A stretch of 64,000 nucleotides of DNA, taken from positions 6,190-70,189 of IMG/VR virus record IMGVR_UViG_3300006920_000040. One strand, 5' to 3'. Made by a program: the position numbers and the translations under genes. How positions within the stretch are numbered: position 1 is the first letter of the stretch; each line of letters begins with the position of its first letter. This document shows positions 29,376-39,668 of this stretch, one piece after another. A model generated the notes under the pieces. It was not told the origin of the DNA. It did not search any database and saw nothing but the letters and a program-made list of their open reading frames with translations. The stretch is from a virus.

Positions 29376-31088
29376 ATGGCAACGGACCCGAAAGAATATT
29401 TACAATTTGACATTGGGTCTATTGACGCTTTGATAAAATCAAAGCTGACACCGGAATTTCCTGATGTTGCACGGGGGGGTTCTTCTGCGGCGATCCTATC
29501 GGAGGCAGTTGCTTCTACATTTTCCCTGCTCCTCTACCAACTCAATAGAACGGCATCTAATAGCTCATTCACTAAAACCAATTCACTAGAATCATTAATA
29601 AATCAAACAAAAATACTCGGGTATAATCCAATTGGCCACCATGCCAGTTCGGTATTTGTCGATATCTCGGTAAATACCATATTGTCAAACGGGAGTTATA
29701 CCATACCCCGATATACCTACATCGAAACACCTCAAGGTAAATTCTCAACAACGAGCGACCTAACCTTCACCAACGATTCCCAGTTGACCGAAAGGGTCAT
29801 TTTTAATGACATCGTAATGAAGGGCGGTCCTTATGTGGAACATGACCTCATTTTATCCGATGGTTCCAGCAATCAAAAATTACTACTCAGTATCGGTGAT
29901 AATCAAGTTGACCATGAGGATATTGACATATACGTTAAGGAACCGAATGGCATGTGGGTGCAATTCTCCCGAGTTGATAGCCTGTTCCTCTCAACCCCAG
30001 ACTCGACTGAATTCGAAGTCAGATATAATGAATTTGGATCTTACGACATTGTATTTGGTGACGGTATAAACGGGTGTCTCGTTCCCGAAGATGCCGAGAT
30101 TGCAATCTATTATCTATCGGTTAGCTCCAGTGAGGGTATATTGGATGTAGGTGAAGTGGATACCCAACCCTTCCGATTTAACACCAACAGGATCAATGCC
30201 ATCATTATCGATGTCGCAGACACCACGGGATCAGTGTTCGTCAATGATGTAAACACAAATTTCACATTCACCAACACTTCACAGTCTACACCCAAAGATG
30301 GACCCGAAAGTCTGGATGATATTAGGAGGAATGCCCCCTCCACATTCAAATCACAGAATCGATTGGTAACTAAAGAGGATTATGAATCCTTCATCAGGAA
30401 CAACTTCTCGGACTTCATATCAGATGTCCTCATTCTGGATAATGACGAGTATATGAATTCATATATAAAATATTATTCCGATCTAGGTCTCAATAAACCC
30501 TACGAAGAGAATCGGGCACTATTCAACCAATTGAAATTCTCGTCCGCAGTAAATTTCAACAATGTGTATGTATTTGTTGTTCCGGTAATCGGGGATTACT
30601 TGATAGATATTCAAAAAAGGAATATCGTGGATCGGTTATCTAAGACCAAAACCCTATCTGCCGAGATCACACCATCCGACCCCATCTACATAAACTTCGC
30701 GGTCGCAACGCCAACAAATACCATAGAATTTTCGGACACAACAACGTCCGAAATAATCATAACAAAGACACCCAACACCACTAGAAGCGAAAGTGATCTA
30801 TTGGTTGACTTTCAGGATGCACTGGTGTCTTATTTCACCGACAGAGGTAAGTCGTTCAATCAAATAATTGATGTGTCTGAGTTGACGGGCATTTTGTTAT
30901 CAATTGACGGTATACAGCACATTTCCACTAAAAACGGAACGGTAACCAATACTGGTTTGGGGTTATATGAGTGGAACCCATTTTTCCCAGAAAGGGTGAC
31001 TACAGCACCACCAACCAACAGATTCACCGGAATATTTGTCCCTAGATTTGAGTCCAACAGCATCTTTGACCGTATAACGTTCGTTTAA
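29376..31088 (+). CDS. Baseplate wedge subunit (T4 gp6-like)
   Basis: KILGYNP, FGDGING, ESLDDIRRNAP..F.SQNRLVT.EDY. Confidence 0.92.
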   Translation: MATDPKEYLQFDIGSIDALIKSKLTPEFPDVARGGSSAAILSEAVASTFSLLLYQLNRTASNSSFTKTNSLESLINQTKILGYNPIGHHASSVFVDISVNTILSNGSYTIPRYTYIETPQGKFSTTSDLTFTNDSQLTERVIFNDIVMKGGPYVEHDLILSDGSSNQKLLLSIGDNQVDHEDIDIYVKEPNGMWVQFSRVDSLFLSTPDSTEFEVRYNEFGSYDIVFGDGINGCLVPEDAEIAIYYLSVSSSEGILDVGEVDTQPFRFNTNRINAIIIDVADTTGSVFVNDVNTNFTFTNTSQSTPKDGPESLDDIRRNAPSTFKSQNRLVTKEDYESFIRNNFSDFISDVLILDNDEYMNSYIKYYSDLGLNKPYEENRALFNQLKFSSAVNFNNVYVFVVPVIGDYLIDIQKRNIVDRLSKTKTLSAEITPSDPIYINFAVATPTNTIEFSDTTTSEIIITKTPNTTRSESDLLVDFQDALVSYFTDRGKSFNQIIDVSELTGILLSIDGIQHISTKNGTVTNTGLGLYEWNPFFPERVTTAPPTNRFTGIFVPRFESNSIFDRITFV

Positions 31089-31089
31089 C

Positions 31090-32847
31090 ATGGCTATCGA
31101 CACCCCAATTACCCTAAACGGGACCAACTACCTAAAATTCCCCTTGGTTGACGATTTCTACCCCAAAGATAGTATTTGTGTGGATTTTGATCTAACACTA
31201 CCAGATTGGAACCAACCTTATAGTTCACAATTGGTTGGTAACTTCAAGAATCAAGGGTATGGTGTATTTTACCAGAAGGGGTTGGAACAAGTAATTAAAC
31301 TGTCCATAATGGATCAGGGTAACAGTCACTTATTCTCGTTAAATAGTGGCGGCGCATTGATCTCGCAAAGATCAATGCCCCCACAGACCAATCCGGTTAA
31401 TTTGACCACCCAAGCTATTGATCGGCTGGAGAATAAAGCTATATTTGACGCAGGGAATAATAAAATATTCATATTGGACACCAATAACATTTTATTGAGC
31501 GAGTTCACAGTTGTCGGGACACTATTTGACATAGCTCGTTTAGATTTCGATTCGGTCGGAAATCTCTATATTTATAACCGAGCAGAAAGCGTCCTTCTAA
31601 AATATACGAAAGCAGGACTGCTATTATCTTCAACCGCACACGCCTCAATGGACTGTAGCATGTTCGGTATCGACCGCAATGACATGCCCGTATTTTATTA
31701 TGCAAACGACCACACTCCATTGTTATTTGATTGTGAAAATTCTCACTACACGTTGTTTGGGGTCAATATCCACAAGAACGGTGTCCCCTTTTTCACGGTC
31801 GGGTCAAATTCCAACGGTATAGGTATTGATGGTGAGGATAATATATGGGTAGTTCGAAATGATAATGAGATTTTGAAGGTAACTACGGCGGGTAAGGTTC
31901 TTTTTAATAAAAAATTCCACTCCATAGAGCCGTGTGACCCAGACCCGTGCGACACATCAACAACACCGGTCAGCATATCCTTTACCCGAGAATTGACATC
32001 AGAAGGGGTTAGTGATTATACGTGGGTTATCTTAAAAAACTCAAACTACGCCCTAAAACTCAATTCCAACGGAACTACGGTGGATTGTACCCTAACCACC
32101 AGTCTCCTGAATGTCGAGAAATTCACCGACACCTCATATTCGGCGGTCAGCGTGGGTATTGATGGTGATTTCACATCTTTCCGTTCGAAAAAGAATTTTG
32201 GCCAAAATTGCGATAATACGGACGATTCCTTAATAGTAGCTAAGATAGCCGTTGTGGGTGTCTGTGACGGTGCGGCACAGATAAACATATTGGAACATAA
32301 GGTCACTGATTTGAACGGAACGCACTCCATAAAATTCCTTTTTGATGGATCGTCAGGGGTGGGTAGTTTGGTGGTTGACGGTGTAGTCGTGGACACATTT
32401 ACCCAAAAGGGGTCCATCCACTACACCGACAGTAATTTGATTCCAACGCTGGTTGGTGCTGATAGCGGGGACTACCGATCACTGAAAGAGGAGTTGGGTG
32501 ACCAAAATCCACAATATACCATTGCCACCATTGATGAACTTCTGATTTCCCGTGGGAATGGTGGGAATTTTGTGGAGCGCAGTAATACAGGTCCTCTTAG
32601 GATCGAATTACCCACACCCAACCACATCTCATACCAAGAGACTGTCAGAGATCTTTTCTTATTTCGTTCAAATGGTTATAAATCACCCACAGTTAACTTG
32701 AAGATTTCCGATAGTGGGTTCACCGATGTATCATCACAACTAATTATATCTGAGGATATCACAACTGTATTTGGTGATAATACACCGGTTCCCAGTAAGA
32801 TTAATACAATTGGATGGGTTGAAACTGTAAGACTAAAAGATATTTAA
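31090..32847 (+). CDS. Virion structural protein with beta-propeller/LamG-like segments
   Basis: IGIDGEDNIWV-type repeats; follows gp6 directly. Confidence 0.55.
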   Translation: MAIDTPITLNGTNYLKFPLVDDFYPKDSICVDFDLTLPDWNQPYSSQLVGNFKNQGYGVFYQKGLEQVIKLSIMDQGNSHLFSLNSGGALISQRSMPPQTNPVNLTTQAIDRLENKAIFDAGNNKIFILDTNNILLSEFTVVGTLFDIARLDFDSVGNLYIYNRAESVLLKYTKAGLLLSSTAHASMDCSMFGIDRNDMPVFYYANDHTPLLFDCENSHYTLFGVNIHKNGVPFFTVGSNSNGIGIDGEDNIWVVRNDNEILKVTTAGKVLFNKKFHSIEPCDPDPCDTSTTPVSISFTRELTSEGVSDYTWVILKNSNYALKLNSNGTTVDCTLTTSLLNVEKFTDTSYSAVSVGIDGDFTSFRSKKNFGQNCDNTDDSLIVAKIAVVGVCDGAAQINILEHKVTDLNGTHSIKFLFDGSSGVGSLVVDGVVVDTFTQKGSIHYTDSNLIPTLVGADSGDYRSLKEELGDQNPQYTIATIDELLISRGNGGNFVERSNTGPLRIELPTPNHISYQETVRDLFLFRSNGYKSPTVNLKISDSGFTDVSSQLIISEDITTVFGDNTPVPSKINTIGWVETVRLKDI

Positions 32848-32853
32848 AATAAG

Positions 32854-33573
32854 ATGACTATTTGTGTAGATAAGCGTATTGGGTATGCCAAACTGGAGAC
32901 TTTTTGCTTCAGGTTGGGAGGTATTGTTGACCCTGAAGCTATAATAGACTTTGGGGATGGTTCTACCGAGGGTGTAAATGGTAGAGCGATCATATCACAT
33001 CAATATGACCAATATGGCACTTATTCGGCATGCGTCACCACTTGTCTTGAGGGTGAGATCATTTCCGAGGAATGCCAAAAGATAACAGTAAAACCCTACG
33101 TAGAGGATCGGATTGTTTTCGACAGTTACCCTCTGAGTGGTTTCACGACGACCGACGATGGTATGAATTTCCAAGTTTCATTATCGGCCAATTGCCCACC
33201 ACCCATTCGTGTAAAATTGGATCTGGTGGGGACAATTTCGCCACCTGTTTCAGAATTACCCGATACTTCTTTTCAGGACTGCTTACCCAAGCACATTATA
33301 ACGGCAAACATCCCATTTGATGTTGACACGTTCATCATAGAAAATCCCAGCCGAATAATCGTTAATGGCGAAGTTTGTGGTTGGCATGAGACATTCTGCT
33401 TCGGGTTTTATGACGACTACCCCGCAGATAACATTATGAAGTTAACTCTGGAGCGTGACTGTAAGGATTGCTTTGATATCGATTGGGATGTTTGTGACCC
33501 TGTTTCTTCATGTGACATCTACGGACAGGACCACTTACCCATCAGATATATCGATGAAGACTTGGGGTATTAG
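32854..33573 (+). CDS. PKD-domain Cys-rich virion protein
   Basis: IDFGDGS...HQYDQYGTY. Confidence 0.65.
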   Translation: MTICVDKRIGYAKLETFCFRLGGIVDPEAIIDFGDGSTEGVNGRAIISHQYDQYGTYSACVTTCLEGEIISEECQKITVKPYVEDRIVFDSYPLSGFTTTDDGMNFQVSLSANCPPPIRVKLDLVGTISPPVSELPDTSFQDCLPKHIITANIPFDVDTFIIENPSRIIVNGEVCGWHETFCFGFYDDYPADNIMKLTLERDCKDCFDIDWDVCDPVSSCDIYGQDHLPIRYIDEDLGY

Positions 33574-33611
33574 GTTGACAAATTCGGACAAACGACATAT
33601 ATATTGGTATA

Positions 33612-34244
33612 ATGATTGGCGTTACTATTAGTTCACCGAATTACAGTGAAATGACTGAAGAGTCACGGAAAGCTTTCCAGAAACATACGGGATTGGCATG
33701 TCACGTAATACATACAAACAATGATCACAACTATCTAGCCAAATTGCAGCTACATCGGTATTTTCAACAAACAATCGTGTTCTTCGATTCGGATTTGCGG
33801 TTTATCAGAGATGTGGATCTACACCCATACGACAATAGAGAGGAATTTTTTGGAGTCAAAGATTGTAGTGGACACCCACTTAATGCCGCCACTTTCGAGG
33901 AGTCATTTTCATACAAAGATTGCCAAAATCTAAAAATGAACCCCAACACTTATATCAATGGTGGTTTTATGATTTTCAACCGAAAACACCATGGGGTTAT
34001 GATGAATGATGCGCTGAATCATATTAGGCAAACTCCGGAGGACTTTGCCGATTTCGGTGAACAGTCTGCCGTGAACTATCAATTGCAAACTTCTGATGTA
34101 AAACTCGAACTACTGCCCGTTAACTACAACGTCATGGTTGGTGGGTCGGCATCTGTCGAATCCATATGTAGCGACCCCTACGCAATACACCCCGCTGGAA
34201 TGCCTTATGCTGATAAGCAGGGGTGGTTTGATGAGTTCTCCTAG
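33612..34244 (+). CDS. Glycosyltransferase family 8-like
   Basis: FFDSD (DxD), YINGGFMIFN, EQSAVN, LPVNYN, IH.AG. Confidence 0.82.
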   Translation: MIGVTISSPNYSEMTEESRKAFQKHTGLACHVIHTNNDHNYLAKLQLHRYFQQTIVFFDSDLRFIRDVDLHPYDNREEFFGVKDCSGHPLNAATFEESFSYKDCQNLKMNPNTYINGGFMIFNRKHHGVMMNDALNHIRQTPEDFADFGEQSAVNYQLQTSDVKLELLPVNYNVMVGGSASVESICSDPYAIHPAGMPYADKQGWFDEFS

Positions 34245-34921
34245 GGATTGGCAAGTTTCCAAGTTTCGTTGTCTGCATCGTCTCTAATACTGAATTCGGA
34301 CACATGATCAGTCAACCACGGGGTGTGCTCGATGACATAAATATTAAACAACTTCAAGTTTTCTGGGTTAGATAGGAAATTATCAATTTCGCAAGTCAGT
34401 GGAAATGCGTCTATGAGTCGCTGAAATACCTTTCGGGGCTTAACCAAATAACTAAACATCCCCGTGCAGCAGGGTTTGGTTATTTTAGAAATACCCTTGG
34501 TCGTTGACCCTTGGTTTGCACTTCCACATTTTATGTCCCAGTATGACAAATGTATGAAATCCCAGTCATCAGGAATTTCTATTTCGGACAAATATTCGAA
34601 AACATTTTCATGAATTGAAACATCATCCTCCAGAATCATCACAAAATCATCCTCATTGGGGCATTGGCCTATTGCTCCCAATATCATACTCAAATGAGAA
34701 TAACACACGGCTTTGCTACCCTTAAGGTGTGTCAGGTCACCGTCCCATCGACCTCGGGTCCAATTTGAAGGAACTTGTTCAACCCTACCATTCAACCCGT
34801 AATGTACATGCATGGGTGCTGCCTCAGAAACACTACAAGGTAATCGCTCCACGAACTCCTGTAATCTTTTCGTGGATTCGTCGTCGTCGAGCGTTAGAGT
34901 ATAAATGGCTTTTGGTTTCAT
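34241..34921 (-). CDS. Glycosyltransferase family 25-like
   Basis: CYSHL, MILEDD, DWDFIHL; ATGA-coupled start at 34921. Confidence 0.8.
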   Translation of the reverse strand: MKPKAIYTLTLDDDESTKRLQEFVERLPCSVSEAAPMHVHYGLNGRVEQVPSNWTRGRWDGDLTHLKGSKAVCYSHLSMILGAIGQCPNEDDFVMILEDDVSIHENVFEYLSEIEIPDDWDFIHLSYWDIKCGSANQGSTTKGISKITKPCCTGMFSYLVKPRKVFQRLIDAFPLTCEIDNFLSNPENLKLFNIYVIEHTPWLTDHVSEFSIRDDADNETWKLANP

Positions 34922-35703
34922 AATTGTAAGAAGGTTTCTGGTTGGTTGGTGACAAACCAACACATGTTATCGGATCGCAATGGACCGACATGGTATATGA
35001 CGGACCCTCTAGCTCTCGCCGGATCGGTGATGCTGGATTTGCTTGAGGAAGTAACTATAACTGGTATTTTATTGAGTGTCAAGAAGTTAGACATAAAAAA
35101 TCTCATCTCTAATAACGAAATCCTGTCTAGATCATTGCTCAACTCATTACCCAACCCCTCCACATATGGGATTTTATGAGAATCCAAAATTTCTTTTATT
35201 TCACCTCTGCGAGAATCTGACATTAAAAACAAAGAATCGGTGGGTTCCGTCTCAATACCCCCCCATATTTCAATTACATGATGAACAAAATCCCCCAGAG
35301 AACCAGAAGCTTCCCCCAAACCTCTCCAGTGCGCGGCCATAGGGAATGTCCTTGTGTCGGGTTTGGCTTTAAATGAATTTAAAATTCGATCATAATTTTG
35401 TTTCAACACATCTATAGATGAGATAACCCCATTCTGTGGATACCAATACGTGGAATAGGCATCCTCATCACAGACACACCCCCAATGTCTTTCGGCATCC
35501 ATATGCCCAACATCCCCCGAGAAATAATTGCACACATCAAACCCCAAGTCGTCCTTAAATATCCACCTGAATGGAAACGGCATATGTTGGTTTACCTGCC
35601 AGTTTAAAACAGAACGACCCGACGAGGGGGCTCCATTCACCAACTCATTCACCCTATTACCCAAACCACCATAACCAACTGCGATTTTATTTTTACAATC
35701 CAT
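34918..35703 (-). CDS. Putative GDP-fucose-type glycosyltransferase (GT-B, NodZ/GT11/GT23-like)
   Basis: GGLGNR, AHWRG, LFLMSDS, SSKSS pattern. Confidence 0.55.
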   Translation of the reverse strand: MDCKNKIAVGYGGLGNRVNELVNGAPSSGRSVLNWQVNQHMPFPFRWIFKDDLGFDVCNYFSGDVGHMDAERHWGCVCDEDAYSTYWYPQNGVISSIDVLKQNYDRILNSFKAKPDTRTFPMAAHWRGLGEASGSLGDFVHHVIEIWGGIETEPTDSLFLMSDSRRGEIKEILDSHKIPYVEGLGNELSNDLDRISLLEMRFFMSNFLTLNKIPVIVTSSSKSSITDPARARGSVIYHVGPLRSDNMCWFVTNQPETFLQL

Positions 35704-36364
35704 AATGCGGGTTTTTCTCGGTCCATGATGAGATGTCAGTTTGCTTCAAGTCATGAAACCCGAATTGATCAGTGTATACCCCACATTCCTTAGAGAATTT
35801 TTTGGCAAGTTCCAACGGCGCAAACTCTACACCATAACCCTCCAGTATTTTCTTATACCACCCACTCATAACAACATCTTCGGGGTGGTAGTGGGGCATG
35901 GTTCCGTCTCGGGATAGTGTTTGTGTCAAATCCAACAATTTTTTACTCCGTAAACTAAATCCACCATTACCGACAATATGATTGTGCCCAACACTGTCCA
36001 CCCCCATCATAGCGAACAATTCGGCACTTTCCACAAAGATCGGTGCCCCGATATAATCATAATCCAAAAAACGAGAGTCCCAAGCCGATGGGTTTAATAA
36101 ACACCCATCATACTGAACAACCAATGCAAAATCCGTGTCAACATAATCCGATAGATTCTGTATACAGAATCTAGAATATTCCTCGATAGATCCTATTTGG
36201 GGTATCTCGACCCAACGAGGGTCATCATTCACAATGTGGGATAATAATTTAATGTCCCCGAAATCAACCGAAACTGTTGATATATCCAGTGCTTTTTGGA
36301 TACGAGGTATATCAATACAATCAACGCCAATTAAGGTTACATTATCTAGCGTAACCGAACTCAT
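35693..36364 (-). CDS. DUF5672-family GT-A-like protein
   Basis: LVVQYDG, YDYIGAP, VGNGGFSLRSKKLL, PED, FGFH. Confidence 0.85.
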   Translation of the reverse strand: MSSVTLDNVTLIGVDCIDIPRIQKALDISTVSVDFGDIKLLSHIVNDDPRWVEIPQIGSIEEYSRFCIQNLSDYVDTDFALVVQYDGCLLNPSAWDSRFLDYDYIGAPIFVESAELFAMMGVDSVGHNHIVGNGGFSLRSKKLLDLTQTLSRDGTMPHYHPEDVVMSGWYKKILEGYGVEFAPLELAKKFSKECGVYTDQFGFHDLKQTDISSWTEKNPHYGL

Positions 36365-36888
36365 TATTTTTCGGCAGGTTTGATGTAATATACAATGACA
36401 TCATCATAACGACCAGTGAACCCCCGACCATCATACACACCAGAGCGCCACCCATGGGGGCATTTGTTGAGAAACTGGGAGATTTCTCTATCCGGATCTT
36501 GTATATCCTCAATCACAATGACACCACCTGCTGCCGTAAGCGGTAGTGCTAGTTCGAGAAATTCGTTTTGATGCAGCCTTTCGTGGGAACCGTCATCAAT
36601 CAGTAGATCAAAAAAGGACCCCTTTAGTTTGGGCATTACACTCTGGAACCCGTCATGAAAGAATTTAAAGTTAGGGAGATTACAAACCCCATCATCCAAA
36701 TCATCAATATCACAACCAACCACACTCTCTATACTGTCCGCCTCCAACATAGCCTTTATAGACCCACCCTGTCGGACACCGACTTCGAAAACGGTTTTTA
36801 CATTACGGTGTTTTATAATATCAGTGTAGAACCTACCGTAAGAATGTTTGGTCTCCTTGTCGCTACCGAATTCTGTAAATCTTAACAT
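36364..36888 (-). CDS. Class I SAM-dependent methyltransferase (sugar O-MTase-like)
   Basis: SDK...HSY, FEVGV..GGS, DLLIDDGSH, GGVIVIED. Confidence 0.85.
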   Translation of the reverse strand: MLRFTEFGSDKETKHSYGRFYTDIIKHRNVKTVFEVGVRQGGSIKAMLEADSIESVVGCDIDDLDDGVCNLPNFKFFHDGFQSVMPKLKGSFFDLLIDDGSHERLHQNEFLELALPLTAAGGVIVIEDIQDPDREISQFLNKCPHGWRSGVYDGRGFTGRYDDVIVYYIKPAEK

Positions 36889-36978
36889 AAGCAATGTTAA
36901 TTATTGGGGTATGTATTTAGTTCAATGGGGTTCTTCCGTTTTTTTAATATATTGTGTTGATTACTAAATATAAGTATT

Positions 36979-37308
36979 ATGAGTAATATTGAAGAAACAA
37001 AAGATGTGATCAAGCTTATCGCAACCCTCGCGAAGGCATTCAACGATGCTAATGAAGACGGTAAGGTCAATGCGGGTGATATCGGAACTCTCATCCAAGT
37101 CCTCCCAGCAATCGGACCAGCCCTCAATGGCATCAATGAGATCGATGACGAATTGAAGGATCTGGATGGAGCGGAGCTTGTCGAACTTGAGGATGCAGTT
37201 AAAGATGTGATTGGAATCGTTGCCGATGACAAATATGTTGACGTTGCGGCACATGCACTTAAAGCTGGAATCGAAATCTTCGAGATCGTGAAGCTTATTA
37301 GAGGGTAA
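36979..37308 (+). CDS. Late hypothetical helical protein
   Basis: 109 aa; TAAATA upstream, terminator downstream. Confidence 0.65.
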   Translation: MSNIEETKDVIKLIATLAKAFNDANEDGKVNAGDIGTLIQVLPAIGPALNGINEIDDELKDLDGAELVELEDAVKDVIGIVADDKYVDVAAHALKAGIEIFEIVKLIRG

Positions 37309-37331
37309 CCCTACACAAAACCATTTAAATC

Positions 37332-37365
37332 AAAAGAGGAGATCGTGAATGATCTCCTCTTTTTT
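37332..37365. terminator. Bidirectional intrinsic terminator
   Basis: AAAAGAGGAGATC-gtgaat-GATCTCCTCTTTTTT between convergent genes. Confidence 0.85.
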
Positions 37366-39226
37366 ATTTGCCCATCAACCCAAGGATACTCTTACGGTGA
37401 TTTGGTGGTAGCTCTAAAAACTTCTCCACACCAGTCGCCCATATTTCATCATCATTGGACAATCCGTATTCGTCCCAACCAACGATGGCGCTCAGGTTTT
37501 CGCGAAGCTTATTTTTATCCTCACCCGATAAGTTGTGAGCAGCAGTAGGTAGTGTATTGTGCTTATACAGCTTATTCGTCACACTGAACAGGTAGTCTTT
37601 AATATCCATCAAGATGTCGCTATCGCCATTCTTGACACGCTCGATGTAGTTGCCCTGTATTTCTTCGAGATATTCGGTGGGGAATTCCTCACTATATTTC
37701 TCCGATTCCTCGGAAGCATACCACATGTCCTTAACCGTAGGATACATGTCCGTGGTGATCATCTGCATTATCCTACCAACCACCTTATCAATCAACCTAT
37801 CATCATCAAATCGAGGTAACTCAAGACGATCCCATTCCTCTTTGATAATCCTCTTGATACTTCCCTCATAACTTTCAACCCCATTGAGGGTATTTTTCGA
37901 GGTGGGCTTTTTAACCGGTTCGCCGCCAAACCCATCGTCATCACCGGACGTGGGGGTGTTGCCATAAACCAACCAACCGATCATATTTGTGATCTTTTTA
38001 GACAAACCGTCAGTGTCCATCTTGTCCTGTAACTCATGTTCCAAATTGGAAAACTCCCTATCTTCCTCGCTACCCGCCCAATGGTCGGAGTCAGTATCCA
38101 AGTCATTCTCCATGTGGTCACCACCAATCATCTCTTGATAGTAGTCGTAGACTGCCCTCTTAAAACCTTTACTATTATTGAACATCCATAAATGCGCCCA
38201 CTCATGGACGACTATATTGACGAAATGATGGGAGCGGATGGTTTCGTTTAAGGAATCATCAATGTCGATAAATTTGGAACCGACAGACATGTGCTTGGCA
38301 TGTGACCTAGAAGCCCAACCCCCAACACCCCCACCGGTATTTTGGTTAACAGTATCCGACACATCCTTGATGACAATATTGGCATGCATCTTGGGGAACC
38401 CCATCTTGGTAATATTGCGAAGGGCAATACTCAAATCCTTTTTAATCTGCGGGATTTTTTTCTCAAAACCTGACATCTCATCATCGGAGAAATCGGATTT
38501 ATCTACAAAGACCGAAAACATCTGAACATCCACAAGGTGATTAAGGTTTTTCTTTTTTCGAAATTTAGAATTCTCTGTCAAGAAAACACCATAACCCTGT
38601 GGATCAATGGAACTTGTAACTAGACCCAATGCTCGATCAAATTTGGATTCCTTGATAGAGTTGGAGTATTTATCGAATCTACGGGAAAGGGGGGTTATGC
38701 CACCCCTTTTATCATAAGTGACGGGGTCTGCGGATTTGATTTGACGAGGATCAAATACGGCATATTCGATAATATCACCGCTCTCTACATCTTTGTTTAT
38801 GGATGAGGAGAATCCACGCTCTTTAAGATCATCTACCGTTTCGTCTGTAGAAAACTTCTCAACGGATTTACCTAACCGCAAATATGCGCGTTGGACAACC
38901 GGAACACCACCCCCTCTATCTGATGATAGTTGCGCATACATATCTGCAAAATTCTTATCTATCGCAAAAAAAACAGCAGGTCTAACCTCAATGCCCTTCG
39001 CATTACTCCCAATCTGAGGTATGAAAACATCAGGTATTTCTCCTGATGTCCCATGAAACCCCTCCACACTATAACCTGCGCTCTTTGCAGCACCATCAAC
39101 CATACCCTGTAGTTCTTCGGCATTCTCTTCAGGGTATTGCGCAAGCTCCATATATCGCTCATCACCACCCTGAACTGGTTGTTCGGATTCTATCAAAAAC
39201 TTAACATATTCCTTGAAGGAGTTCAT
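37364..39226 (-). CDS. Leader-tagged two-domain protein: ART-PolyVal-like ADP-ribosyltransferase plus HExxH metallopeptidase
   Basis: MNSFKEYVKFLIESE leader; FHGT...VFFA...EYAVFDPRQIKSADPVTYD; VHEWAH...DEIWA. Confidence 0.75.
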   Translation of the reverse strand: MNSFKEYVKFLIESEQPVQGGDERYMELAQYPEENAEELQGMVDGAAKSAGYSVEGFHGTSGEIPDVFIPQIGSNAKGIEVRPAVFFAIDKNFADMYAQLSSDRGGGVPVVQRAYLRLGKSVEKFSTDETVDDLKERGFSSSINKDVESGDIIEYAVFDPRQIKSADPVTYDKRGGITPLSRRFDKYSNSIKESKFDRALGLVTSSIDPQGYGVFLTENSKFRKKKNLNHLVDVQMFSVFVDKSDFSDDEMSGFEKKIPQIKKDLSIALRNITKMGFPKMHANIVIKDVSDTVNQNTGGGVGGWASRSHAKHMSVGSKFIDIDDSLNETIRSHHFVNIVVHEWAHLWMFNNSKGFKRAVYDYYQEMIGGDHMENDLDTDSDHWAGSEEDREFSNLEHELQDKMDTDGLSKKITNMIGWLVYGNTPTSGDDDGFGGEPVKKPTSKNTLNGVESYEGSIKRIIKEEWDRLELPRFDDDRLIDKVVGRIMQMITTDMYPTVKDMWYASEESEKYSEEFPTEYLEEIQGNYIERVKNGDSDILMDIKDYLFSVTNKLYKHNTLPTAAHNLSGEDKNKLRENLSAIVGWDEYGLSNDDEIWATGVEKFLELPPNHRKSILGLMGK

Positions 39227-39235
39227 TGATTGTAA

Positions 39236-39571
39236 TTATACCACGGGCTTCTCACCATCAGGACGCCAAATCAGGCGATCCTCACACTTTGGTTTATATG
39301 GTTTCCGACCAGCCTGTAATAGCTCTTTAACTCTAACCGGATCATCAAATCTAGAATTGAGGAAAAGGTTTGCGAAGTGTTTGAACAACTCACCACCCTC
39401 CTCCTTATAGAAAAAGATCAAGCCCATGAAGCGATTCTCACGAAGAGTCTTGAGTTGTTTTTTGATATGTTCATCGTCAACCAAATCCGTAGGTGAATAA
39501 TATTCATCTCGCCATCTCGTTTTAAGGTTATGGATATAATCTTCGTCAGTGGTTTCTAGATATTTTGTCAT
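39236..39571 (-). CDS. Hypothetical protein
   Basis: MTKYLETT start. Confidence 0.55.
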   Translation of the reverse strand: MTKYLETTDEDYIHNLKTRWRDEYYSPTDLVDDEHIKKQLKTLRENRFMGLIFFYKEEGGELFKHFANLFLNSRFDDPVRVKELLQAGRKPYKPKCEDRLIWRPDGEKPVV

Positions 39572-39668
39572 AGTAATTTGTTTGGGATGATTTTGGAATT
39601 CACACAAACACCGTCCCTCTTGAAGACGAGAGTTTTAAATTGTTCTCGGGTTAACAGTTTAACATTGT

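Noticed and set aside
36897-37254. Antisense ORFs here and the many other 60-160 aa ORFs shadowing real genes
   Set aside because: They lie opposite or inside better-supported genes and lack motifs or start signals.
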